IMG/VR virus record: IMGVR_UViG_3300036846_000488
Location: 17,257 to 81,256 of that record
DNA length: 64,000 nucleotides
Direction: 5' to 3' (one strand)
Source of the DNA: a virus
The notes beneath the pieces are model-generated. The model was not told where the DNA came from and did not search any database. It saw only the letters and a list, made by a program, of their open reading frames with translations. Below are positions 1-8,356 of the stretch, piece after piece. A program made the position numbers and the translations under genes. Within the stretch, counting starts at the first letter, position 1; each line of letters starts with the position of its first letter.

Positions 1-1350
1 CTGGGCTGGAATCGCCCGCTTGGAGACCAGCCGGTAGCACAGCGCCATCGAGCAGATCTCGTCCGGGAGGTGGAACTCCTTCCCGCGCGCATAGAGCATG
101 TCCACCGAGGCGTACAGGTGGTTCTTGTAGAAGACCGGCACCCGCGGGGCCTTCCAGCGGTCGTTCTCGATCGAGCTCACGTACTCACTCAGCATGTTGT
201 CCCGCTGGGCCCCGGTCATCAGGAAGCCCCGAGCCCGCCGGTCGATGTAGTCCGCGACCACCGCGCCCAGCCCGGTGGCGTCGTGGATGCCCTCGGCGTT
301 GTACTCCTTCATCAGCTTGTTGAACTCCCCGATCATCACCGGGTAGGGCAGCCGGCGCATCCGAGACCAGTGCACCACCCGGCACGGGAACCGGGTCACG
401 TCAGCGACCGTGATCACCGTCCAGTCCTGCTCCTTGGCCCAGTCCGCACCGATCACGTACTCCCGGTCCTGCAGCGAGTTCTCGAACCGGTAGACCTGAC
501 GTTCCTTGCTCACGCTCTCTCGGATGCTCTCCTCGGGCAGATCGAACATCCGCTCCACCGCTGCCGAGTCGATGGCACGAGAGCCGATGCTGGGCTCACC
601 CAGGTCGTACTCCACCCGCCACATCTCGGCGGGGATCTCCCGGCGCTTCTGGTCGATGGTCTCCTGGTCCAACCAGCCGTCGATCTCGTTACTGGTGTCC
701 TTGTAGCACCAGGTGTAGATCGGCAGGTTCTCCTCCTGGAACCGCAGGTACTCGTGCGCGAAGGTCTTGTCCGGGTACTGCCAGGTCGAGCTCATCGCAG
801 TCATCGGGCGCACGATGTCGCCCTTCCAGTTCTTCTGGGGCATCGGCTGGCCCTTGGCCGCGTCGAAGATGGCCTGGTCCATCTCGTCGATCTCATCCAG
901 CAGCAGGGTCGGCGGGTGCGGGCCACGGACCGTCTTCTGGGAGGCCGTGAGCGGCATGATCGTGGCCCGGTTGGTGAGCTTGATCCGGGTCGCCGACTCC
1001 TCCTTGACCAGATAGGAGGGAGCGTTGCTGTGCTCCCAGGCGTCCCGGATGGTGTTGTGAATGTTGATCGACTGGTTCAGCGAGCCACCGACGATGTTCA
1101 CATCCGAGCCGGTGATCGCGGCCTTGGTCAGGCCCAGGATGGAGAGCAGCCGGGACTTCCCGGACAGACCACGAGAGCCGTGGATCAGGATCTGTGGCTC
1201 GCGGTTGAAGTAGGCGGTGGCGAAGGCGTCGAACGGAGCGTCGTGGTCTGAGCAGACCTTGTACCGGGGGATCGTCAAGCCCCAGAGGGCCTTGACTACC
1301 TCGTACAGCTCGTCATCCGAACGCGGCGCGCGACCCAGGATGATGCTCAC
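1..1350 (-). CDS. terL: Terminase large subunit (3' end outside window)
   Basis: Not in the ORF track; read manually from GTG at 1350: MSIILGRAPRSDDELYEVV...HGSRGLSGKS (Walker A variant)...VRGPHPPTLLLDEID (Walker B)...YVIGADWAKEQDWTV (RNase H-like nuclease)...IHDATGLG. Open to the window edge. Confidence 0.92.
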   Translation of the reverse strand, partial: MSIILGRAPRSDDELYEVVKALWGLTIPRYKVCSDHDAPFDAFATAYFNREPQILIHGSRGLSGKSRLLSILGLTKAAITGSDVNIVGGSLNQSINIHNTIRDAWEHSNAPSYLVKEESATRIKLTNRATIMPLTASQKTVRGPHPPTLLLDEIDEMDQAIFDAAKGQPMPQKNWKGDIVRPMTAMSSTWQYPDKTFAHEYLRFQEENLPIYTWCYKDTSNEIDGWLDQETIDQKRREIPAEMWRVEYDLGEPSIGSRAIDSAAVERMFDLPEESIRESVSKERQVYRFENSLQDREYVIGADWAKEQDWTVITVADVTRFPCRVVHWSRMRRLPYPVMIGEFNKLMKEYNAEGIHDATGLGAVVADYIDRRARGFLMTGAQRDNMLSEYVSSIENDRWKAPRVPVFYKNHLYASVDMLYARGKEFHLPDEICSMALCYRLVSKRAIPAQ

Positions 1351-1639
1351 CGATCAGTCCCTTCAGGGTGTAGCCCGCTGCGTTCTGCGGTACCGAGACC
1401 TCCCACCAGCCGGCAGGAGTCTCGATCATGTACCGCCACCACACCGGATCGGTGTCGGTGGGTGTGACCTGAACACTGAAGCTACCGTCCGGAGCCAGCT
1501 GCGTCTCCGGGGCCAAACAGGCCCAGGTGATGCCATCCCGCACCACCCAGAGCCTGTGTGGAGTGAACCGGACCAGGCCCTGGACCGGTCGCTCGTTGCG
1601 GTGGAGGAGTCTCCCGGTCACAGTGCAGGTCGGTATCAT
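1313..1639 (-). CDS. Hypothetical protein, beta-rich, resembling N-terminal domains of actinophage minor tail proteins
   Basis: 108 aa, TVTG...G.V.FTP...DGSFSV.V pattern; lies between holin and terL. Confidence 0.55.
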   Translation of the reverse strand: MIPTCTVTGRLLHRNERPVQGLVRFTPHRLWVVRDGITWACLAPETQLAPDGSFSVQVTPTDTDPVWWRYMIETPAGWWEVSVPQNAAGYTLKGLIGEHHPGSRAAFG

Positions 1640-1655
1640 GACTACATACTATCCG

Positions 1656-1886
1656 CTACACCTGAGGCTCAGCAGGAGGAGCAACCACGGGTGGCGTCTC
1701 GTCCGCGTTGCTCTTGGCCGTCACCACTCCGCCGGTCACGATCATCGCGACGATCGCAGTCACCCACTCGCTGGCGGTGATCGTGGCGCCACCGTCCGAG
1801 TCACTCAGCACCGCCGAGCCGATGATCACCGCACCTGGCACCAGGAACCCCAGGATGCCCTTCCAGTAGTGCTGCCAGTTCGCCAT
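1656..1886 (-). CDS. Holin
   Basis: 76 aa, two hydrophobic segments, IT..EW motif typical of actinophage holins, directly after the endolysin. Confidence 0.8.
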   Translation of the reverse strand: MANWQHYWKGILGFLVPGAVIIGSAVLSDSDGGATITASEWVTAIVAMIVTGGVVTAKSNADETPPVVAPPAEPQV

Positions 1887-1893
1887 GACTACC

Positions 1894-2439
1894 TCACTTC
1901 TGCTGGGCGAGCTTCTCTAGCTCGGCCTTCTTCGCCTGCAGCTGCTTGACGAAGGCCTTGTCACCGGCGTTGGACTTGATCGCCTTGTCGATGTCCTTGA
2001 TCGCGTTCAGGATGTTGGTCCGCGGCTTGGCCTTCTTGGCCGTCTTCTTGGCCGGCGGCTTCGGGTGCGGGATGGTCTGCTCGTTGACATCCCAGGCCCA
2101 GCCCCCGTACTTCAGGTGCCAGTTCCGCTCGATCCAGCCCAGGTCCACCGTCGCCACTCGACCTCGACCACCGGCGTCGGTGGACCGGATCTTCCCGTTC
2201 CCCAGGCTCATCGCGATGTGCCCGTAGCCGTGCGTGCCACCGGTCCAGTAGACCGGAGCACCACGAGGTGGGTTCCGGTTCCCTGGGTGCCGGTCGTTGG
2301 TGTTCCGCCAGGCGGTAGCAGCATCCCCGTACCGGGCGTTGGCCCCACACCAGAGCCGGACCTGCTGCAGGCAGTACCCGGGGTCGTTGGTCCGGTCGTT
2401 CTCTGCGTTCCGCGCGCAGGTCTCAGCGGTGTAGACCAT
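1894..2439 (-). CDS. Endolysin, CHAP/NlpC-P60-like Cys-His peptidase with a basic C-terminal tail
   Basis: GYCLQQVR...ATAW...PRGAPVYW.GG..GYGHIA.S.G.G...STD; adjacent to holin. Confidence 0.85.
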   Translation of the reverse strand: MVYTAETCARNAENDRTNDPGYCLQQVRLWCGANARYGDAATAWRNTNDRHPGNRNPPRGAPVYWTGGTHGYGHIAMSLGNGKIRSTDAGGRGRVATVDLGWIERNWHLKYGGWAWDVNEQTIPHPKPPAKKTAKKAKPRTNILNAIKDIDKAIKSNAGDKAFVKQLQAKKAELEKLAQQK

Positions 2440-2621
2440 CAGTCGTCCTCCGGGTGCTTGTCTACCTCGGGTCGCTCGGTGCCTTCGCGGTCCTGAGTCT
2501 CCCCCGCCACGTACTCGGCGGAGTCATCCGGATCGTTGTCCGGCTCGTCCACCAGCTCAGGGACTTCCTCATTGGCCTGGACGGCCTCCGTCGAGTCCCC
2601 GAGCGGTGACTCACTCACCAT
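2439..2621 (-). CDS. Small very acidic hypothetical protein (60 aa)
   Basis: MVSESPLGDSTEAVQANEE...HPEDD; TGATG overlap with the endolysin start. Confidence 0.6.
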   Translation of the reverse strand: MVSESPLGDSTEAVQANEEVPELVDEPDNDPDDSAEYVAGETQDREGTERPEVDKHPEDD

Positions 2622-2871
2622 CATCCTCGTCCTCGTCCTGGACCTCGGTAGAGCGGTCAGCCGGGTTCTGCCAGCCCACTCGGTCGCCCTCCTCGTCGTC
2701 GGGGTAGAGCGAGTCCTCCTTGCCGGCTGCCCAAGCAGCTGCACGCTCGGCGTCGACCTCACGGTCCGGGTAGATGATCTGACCCGTGATCCCGTTGACC
2801 TCATCCACCTCGTCGGCGAGAGGCTCGGTCTCTTCACTGGTGGTGTTCGGGTTCGTGCTCTTCGTTGCCAT
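2611..2871 (-). CDS. Small very acidic hypothetical protein (86 aa)
   Basis: MATKSTNPNTTSEETEP...DEDEDDGE; phage-like codon usage, fills the operon gap. Confidence 0.65.
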   Translation of the reverse strand: MATKSTNPNTTSEETEPLADEVDEVNGITGQIIYPDREVDAERAAAWAAGKEDSLYPDDEEGDRVGWQNPADRSTEVQDEDEDDGE

Positions 2872-2897
2872 GTCTTCATCCTCACTCGTTGGGCCAG

Positions 2898-4013
2898 TCA
2901 CTGCATGGTCTCTTCCCAGACCACGTGAATCTCTCCACACCTCAGGTTCGTACCCACTGCGACCACCTCGGAAAAGTCGTTGGGCGCAGCATCAGCCTTG
3001 ATCGGGTCCTTCCAGGCCAGGCCCATGCCCTTGATGTCGCTGCTCATGTTGTCGTAGAAGCTCTCGGGCAGGTCGAACCACGCACCCTGGTTCTTGGCCA
3101 GTTGGCCGATCTTGACGACCTCGTTCCGGTCCAGGTCATTCGTGACCGGGTTGGGCAGCGTGCTGGCGTTCCCGTACGCAGTCCAGAACAGGTACATGTT
3201 GCAGGTGGCCGATCCGGTGTCGTTCGTGCGCTTGATGTAGATCTGTGCGCTCTTGATGGCGGCTGGCCCCTTCTCCCCGATCGCGTCGGTGATCTGGTTG
3301 CCGTAGAAGAAGAGCCCCTGAGAGCGAGGTGACTTCTGCTGAATCAGGTCACCGCTCTGGAAGCCAGCAGTTCGCCAGGAGCCACCCGAGTTGGCCTGGA
3401 AACGGGCCTCCTTGGTGATCACGTTGGGCATGTCCACGGAGTTCTTCGGGATGTGGATGCTGGCCGGCGTGGCCGCGCTCCAGTTCCCCGAGTTGTCCAG
3501 TGACCAGCCGGTGAAGTAGTAGGTCTCGTCGCCCTTGATGATGGTGCCGGGAACAGCGTTCCGTGGCCACTGCTTGCTGATCACCAGCGAGGTGTCGTCG
3601 TGCCCGCCGTAGTCGTTGTAGCGCCACTCGCTCCAGGGCTCATTCGGGTAGCTGTCATCCGAGGCCGAGGTGTAGGTACCCCCGAACTGGGTGGTCGGAG
3701 GCTTCCCGTTGTACGTGGAGAGCACTCGGGTGAGTCGCGCGTCGGGATCGTTGGCAGTGCCTGGGATCCGCACTCCGACCTTGATGAAGCGAGTCTTCAG
3801 CGTCTTCTGACCCTTGATCGTGTCGAAGTCCTCGGAGACCTGCAGCGTGATCTCGGGCGGGTTGGGTGGAGTGACATCGGCGTCGTAGGCGTTGACCCAG
3901 GTCCCGGACCGCTTGACCCAGGCCTCCTCAGCCACCTGCCAGACACCGCCGCGCTTGACGTACGGCTTCTGACAGAGCGTCCAGACCCCATTGATGTTCT
4001 GGTACAGCGCCAC
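2898..4013 (-). CDS. Minor tail / tail fibre distal protein
   Basis: N-terminal Y.N.NGVW...YVK.GG.W...WVK.SG.W repeat; C-terminal G.FFYG...AQIYIKR...WFDLP domain seen in siphophage tail proteins. Confidence 0.75.
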   Translation of the reverse strand: MALYQNINGVWTLCQKPYVKRGGVWQVAEEAWVKRSGTWVNAYDADVTPPNPPEITLQVSEDFDTIKGQKTLKTRFIKVGVRIPGTANDPDARLTRVLSTYNGKPPTTQFGGTYTSASDDSYPNEPWSEWRYNDYGGHDDTSLVISKQWPRNAVPGTIIKGDETYYFTGWSLDNSGNWSAATPASIHIPKNSVDMPNVITKEARFQANSGGSWRTAGFQSGDLIQQKSPRSQGLFFYGNQITDAIGEKGPAAIKSAQIYIKRTNDTGSATCNMYLFWTAYGNASTLPNPVTNDLDRNEVVKIGQLAKNQGAWFDLPESFYDNMSSDIKGMGLAWKDPIKADAAPNDFSEVVAVGTNLRCGEIHVVWEETMQ

Positions 4014-4016
4014 GGC

Positions 4017-4346
4017 TTAGACCTTAAAGTAGATGTCGCCGTTGGACCCGCCAGTGGGAGCTGCTGAACCAGAGGTGATCGCCGGCACCGGAGGTGGGAA
4101 CGACACCCAGGCGGACGCGCTGCGGTACCAGAACGAATCAGTGTCGGTGGTGAAGGCGAACATCCCCTCCTGGACTCCCGCTGCAGAGGTCTTGGCATCA
4201 CGGTCAGCCGTCGAGGCGTAGACGCCCACCAGCCGCTTCTCGATGGCCTTGGCGATGGCCAGCAGGTCGAAAGCGAGGTTAGGATCCTCGTTCGCGTCCG
4301 GCACTACACCGTTGATCTGGCCGCCCGGGGTATTCACGTAACCCAT
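4017..4346 (-). CDS. Minor tail / fibre connector protein
   Basis: YASTADRDA...EGM.A.T.DT...W motif and terminal SGSAAPTGGSNGDIYFKV. Confidence 0.75.
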   Translation of the reverse strand: MGYVNTPGGQINGVVPDANEDPNLAFDLLAIAKAIEKRLVGVYASTADRDAKTSAAGVQEGMFAFTTDTDSFWYRSASAWVSFPPPVPAITSGSAAPTGGSNGDIYFKV

Positions 4347-4397
4347 GTCATTCCTCCTCTACTCAGATGGTCTCATCAACGTCACGGCTAGGTCTGC

Positions 4398-4811
4398 TCA
4401 CTGGAACGCCTGCCACGAGACGGGGATCGCCTGGGCGGTCGCCGGGTTCGAGCCGTCGCGTCGGACCGCGAAGATCACGACCGACGTGTTGGTGGGTGCC
4501 TGGGTGGAGGCGTACACGGCGGTCGGGGCCGCGTTGGCGGTGGCGACCACGGAGGGAGCGGTGGCGAACAGCCCGGTGGTGAAGGTGACGGTGACGCTCG
4601 CAGAGAACGCCGAGGTGGGGATCGTGATGGTCACCGTCCCGGTCTGCATCACCGGGCCCCCGGCTCCGGTCCCGACCACGGACTCGACGCCGCTGGAGTC
4701 CTTGACGTAGACCTTGTTGTCGCTCTTGACGTACAGCAGCGCGTACCCGGCAGCGGGGTTGGCCGGGGTGGCCTGCTGCGGCAGCTGCAGCGCAGCTCCG
4801 AGGAGGGGCAT
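4398..4811 (-). CDS. Minor tail protein with an H-type-lectin-like C-terminus (137 aa)
   Basis: True start MPLLGAA at 4811 (TGATG coupling); P.NP.AGY.LLYVKSD.K.Y.K motif; QTG.V...V.F...F...P.V. Confidence 0.7.
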   Translation of the reverse strand: MPLLGAALQLPQQATPANPAAGYALLYVKSDNKVYVKDSSGVESVVGTGAGGPVMQTGTVTITIPTSAFSASVTVTFTTGLFATAPSVVATANAAPTAVYASTQAPTNTSVVIFAVRRDGSNPATAQAIPVSWQAFQ

Positions 4812-6283
4812 CAGTTCCAGTCCTGCCCGGAGACGCTGTAGGAGAGCGCGCTCGCCGCGTAGTTGATGCCGGACCGCACCTGCACGTCGGTGTAGGCCGC
4901 ACCCCCGGTTCCCGGGGTCACGCACCGCACATCCAGGTAGATCTGTTCGAGGGTGGCGGTGACCCAGAGCGTGATGTCGGTGGGATAGGGACTGCCCTTG
5001 TAGGTCTGGATCGTCGTCCAGGCTCCCGCGGTCAGCGCCGGGACGACCCCTTGGAAGTTCGAGGGCACGGCCAGGTTGTTCCGGGCGGTCTTGGCGTCGG
5101 TGCCGTTGGTGCCGCCCTTGGCGATCGGGATCGAGGTCGCGTTCCAGGAGCCGGTGGCTATCGCGCCCAGGGTGGTGATCGAGGTCTGCCCGGCGTAGGC
5201 GGCGTCGATGTCGATGTTGTCCGCGGAGACGCTGATCCGGCTCGTGGTGCCCTGGGCGTTGATGGTGGTCCCGGTCTGCGTCAGACCGGTGCCGGCGGTG
5301 ATCGAGCCGGCCCCGGAGAACTGGGTCCAGTTGATCGCGTCGGTACCCGGGGCGGGCGGGGTGTCGTTGGTCATCACCCAGCCGGTGTCGGCCTGGACGG
5401 TGCCCTGCTCGACGAACACGAACGAGCCCGGGGACAGGTCGTTGGTGTTGTCGGCGTCGGTGGCCCGGTTCCAGGCACCAGCGGTGTTGGCGATCCAGAT
5501 GCCGTTGTTCACCGCGTTGGACTGGTTCTTGACCAGCACCCGGTCGTTGGTGACCACCGCGATCCCGTCCACGGTCTGAGCTCCGGTGGGCACGCCGCCA
5601 CTGCTCAGACTGGTCGTGGTCGCCAGCTTCACCGAGCCGTGCAGGTCCAGGCCCTGGGCCACCGTGTCCACGTAGATCTTGTTCGCCGCATCCGTCGCGG
5701 ACTGCGGATCGGCCATGGTGGTGATCCGCGACCCGTTCATGCTGAGCGGGCTGGTGGGCGGGTTCATCGCCGTGATCTTGGTATCGCCCGCGAGGGCCTG
5801 CTGAGCGCCGAAGCCCAGGGTCCGCATCGAGTAGGTGCCGACTGCACCGTCCTTGTTCGCGGTCGCGATCTTGGCATCGGTGATCGCCAGCGCCGCCACC
5901 ACCGGGTTCGGGTAGGTGGACCCGTTCAGGTCTCCGCCGGCAGCGCCGTTGGGCGCGCGCGAGTCCGAGAGCCGGGAGTCGCTGGTGATCACCGCGGCCA
6001 CCCCGTTGATGGTGAACCCGGACTGGGCCTTGACCACGGTCGGGTTCGGGTAGCTGGAGCCCAGGTCCCCGCCCGCAGCACCGGACGGTGGACCGCCCGC
6101 GCCGGCGTTGCCCAAGGTGGTCCAGGCACCCGCCAGGTAGACCTTGATCACATGGGCGGTGGTGTCGTTCCAGAACAGCCCCTCCACCGGTGACGCGGGT
6201 GGAGACGCGGTGGCCGCCTGCTCCGGGATCAGCCCCAGGATCGGGATCCGGCTGGTGTTGATCTGTGCGCCGAAGTTGGGCAT
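4811..6283 (-). CDS. Tail fibre protein
   Basis: DAANKIYVD, QTVDG....DRVLVKNQ.....NGIW...W.RA.DAD, GAAGGDL..YPNP repeats, IAKGGT.G. Confidence 0.88.
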   Translation of the reverse strand: MPNFGAQINTSRIPILGLIPEQAATASPPASPVEGLFWNDTTAHVIKVYLAGAWTTLGNAGAGGPPSGAAGGDLGSSYPNPTVVKAQSGFTINGVAAVITSDSRLSDSRAPNGAAGGDLNGSTYPNPVVAALAITDAKIATANKDGAVGTYSMRTLGFGAQQALAGDTKITAMNPPTSPLSMNGSRITTMADPQSATDAANKIYVDTVAQGLDLHGSVKLATTTSLSSGGVPTGAQTVDGIAVVTNDRVLVKNQSNAVNNGIWIANTAGAWNRATDADNTNDLSPGSFVFVEQGTVQADTGWVMTNDTPPAPGTDAINWTQFSGAGSITAGTGLTQTGTTINAQGTTSRISVSADNIDIDAAYAGQTSITTLGAIATGSWNATSIPIAKGGTNGTDAKTARNNLAVPSNFQGVVPALTAGAWTTIQTYKGSPYPTDITLWVTATLEQIYLDVRCVTPGTGGAAYTDVQVRSGINYAASALSYSVSGQDWN

Positions 6284-6292
6284 GAGCGTCTC

Positions 6293-8356
6293 CTACTTGC
6301 TGATCCGGACCAGGCCGGTCATCGGGTTGTACCAGCGGATCTCCACCAGGTTGGCGTTGACCCTGGTCACATCGCCGAACTGCTCGACGTTGCTGTTGTC
6401 CTGGGTGTAGACCAGGACCTCCTGCTTGCCCAGGTTGTGCGGGCACGACCACAGCGTGCTGGCCGTGGCGAAGCTGAAGGTGGCGCTCGCGATCAAGGGG
6501 TTCGGGTAGGAGCCGATCAGATCTCCGCCCGCAGCGCCAGTGGGTGCACCGCCCGTCCCTCCACCCCCACCGCCGGTGGAGACCGTGACCAGCGGGGCGA
6601 TCTGCAGGTCGTGGCCGGGGTTGCCCAGCAGATTGCTCGCAGCACCGTTTTGGAAGGCCCACAGTCCGATCGTGTCGTTCAGGGCCGCCTCGACCAGCGT
6701 CGAGACCGTCACCGTGGCGGGGTTGGAGGCGATGGTGGCGCTACCGACATCCTGGCGGCGTACCTCGGTTCCGTTGACGACGATCGCCGCGAGCCGGCGT
6801 CCGGCGGTGTTGGCGGCGAAGGTGACCGAGCCGGTGACCAGATAGGTGCCCGCCTTGTCGATCACGACGTTGCTCCCGCTCAGGTGCCCCCAGGTCGGAG
6901 CCGCACCCACCAGCGCCAGCCCGGTGACCTGACTGATGCCTCCGCCGTTCGCGATCGGCTGGGACGAGGACGAGTACCAGTCCGCGGCATCCGCGGTCGG
7001 ACCTGGCAGGCCCTGGGAGTCGGCCTCGATCTGGCCGGTGATGATGTCCATGAACAGCGGGTACTTGGTGATCGTCGTGGTCACCGTGACCTGGGTGAAG
7101 AAGGTGGCCGAGGCCGAGAAAGCGCTCATCGTGCCGCTGGCACCCGCGGTCTGGACCTGCCACTCGACCCGCTTGTCCTTGGCGTAGGTGTTAGCCGGGA
7201 GGCTGTACGTCTTCCCCGCTGAGTTGACCTGGGTCACAGTCACCCAGGTCGCAGCTCCCACCTCCCGGTGTCGCACGATGTAGGCGGTCTGAGCACTGGC
7301 GTCGGTGGGGTTGTAGGTCCAGCTGAGCACGATCGGCGCGGCCTCGTTGACCGTGACATCGCTGGCCGGGCTCAGGTTGGTCGGTGGGTTCGGAGTCGAG
7401 ACCGCAGCCGCGGGATCGGACTCCGTGCTGACCGCGGAGTAGTCGGAGAACAGGTTCTGGCCGGAGGTGGTCTTGGCCCGGACCCGGTACTTGTGCCGCC
7501 GGGTCGGGTCCGGAGCGACATGGGTGTAGGCAGACCCGTTCACGGCGTCCAGCGGGCCGTTGTCCCAGACCCCATCGACGGCGTGCCAGACCTGGGTCTC
7601 GAACTCGGAGTAGTCGCAGTTGTTGGTCCAGGTGATCCTCTGGTTGGCTCCGGAGGCAGTCCGGGTGCAGCCGCTGGGCGCGGCAGGCGTGGTCCAGACG
7701 ATCCCGGCCCGGTCGTAGGCCGACTCGCCCACCGAGTTGTGCGCCTGGACCCGGTAGGTGTACTTCCGGTTCCCGCCCGCACCAGCATCGGTGTAGCCGA
7801 CGATTGAGCCGCTGATGTTCCCGATCCGGGTCCAGTCCGAGTGCCCGTAGACGAAGCGCTCGATGTAGATGTTGCCGTACGGCTCGCCCACCGTGTCGTG
7901 GTTGATCCAGCCCACCCGCACCGTGTTGTCGCTGTTGCGGTCCGCCGAGGTCTGGGTCGGCGGAGCAGGCAGGCCGACCGGCCTGGCCGGAATGGCCTGG
8001 GTGTGGCTGTTCGAGGGCGTGATCCCGTTGAAGGCCCCGACCAGGGTGGCGGAGAACGTCTTGGTCCCGGGCGAGGAGCCGTACTCGTCCCAGGCGTAGT
8101 TGTAGGTGTAGGTCCGGGTGCCGCGCTTGACCACGGCCCCGTCGCCGCCGTTGTTGGGGAAGCTGATCGAGCCGCCGATCGCACCGCCCAGGTTCAGCTG
8201 CTGGGAGTCGCTCCAGGAGTGCTGGTTCTGGGTGTAGTAGTCCACCGTGAAGGTGGCCCCGGTCTCGTTGTGGCTGATCGCCTCCACCGACACGTCGATC
8301 CCGACCCGGATCCCCAGTCCGCCGGACGACTCGTATGGCCCCCAGTCGATCGCCAT
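6293..8356 (-). CDS. Minor tail protein with fibronectin type III repeats and a C1q/TNF-like domain
   Basis: Start MAIDWGP at 8356; YTYRVQA.N..G.S, YRVRA and EWQVQT FN3 signatures; AGTYLVTG.V.F; terminal HNLG domain. Confidence 0.8.
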   Translation of the reverse strand: MAIDWGPYESSGGLGIRVGIDVSVEAISHNETGATFTVDYYTQNQHSWSDSQQLNLGGAIGGSISFPNNGGDGAVVKRGTRTYTYNYAWDEYGSSPGTKTFSATLVGAFNGITPSNSHTQAIPARPVGLPAPPTQTSADRNSDNTVRVGWINHDTVGEPYGNIYIERFVYGHSDWTRIGNISGSIVGYTDAGAGGNRKYTYRVQAHNSVGESAYDRAGIVWTTPAAPSGCTRTASGANQRITWTNNCDYSEFETQVWHAVDGVWDNGPLDAVNGSAYTHVAPDPTRRHKYRVRAKTTSGQNLFSDYSAVSTESDPAAAVSTPNPPTNLSPASDVTVNEAAPIVLSWTYNPTDASAQTAYIVRHREVGAATWVTVTQVNSAGKTYSLPANTYAKDKRVEWQVQTAGASGTMSAFSASATFFTQVTVTTTITKYPLFMDIITGQIEADSQGLPGPTADAADWYSSSSQPIANGGGISQVTGLALVGAAPTWGHLSGSNVVIDKAGTYLVTGSVTFAANTAGRRLAAIVVNGTEVRRQDVGSATIASNPATVTVSTLVEAALNDTIGLWAFQNGAASNLLGNPGHDLQIAPLVTVSTGGGGGGTGGAPTGAAGGDLIGSYPNPLIASATFSFATASTLWSCPHNLGKQEVLVYTQDNSNVEQFGDVTRVNANLVEIRWYNPMTGLVRISK

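Noticed and set aside
1638-1662. TGTAGCGG/TGTAGTCA (minus) and TGTGGTGG/TGTAGTCG near 62101 as further operator copies
   Set aside because: Partial matches without an identifiable promoter; could be chance
4812-6662. N-terminal 617 aa of the 754-aa ORF 4398-6662
   Set aside because: Out-of-frame overlap with real fibre genes; true start is 4811
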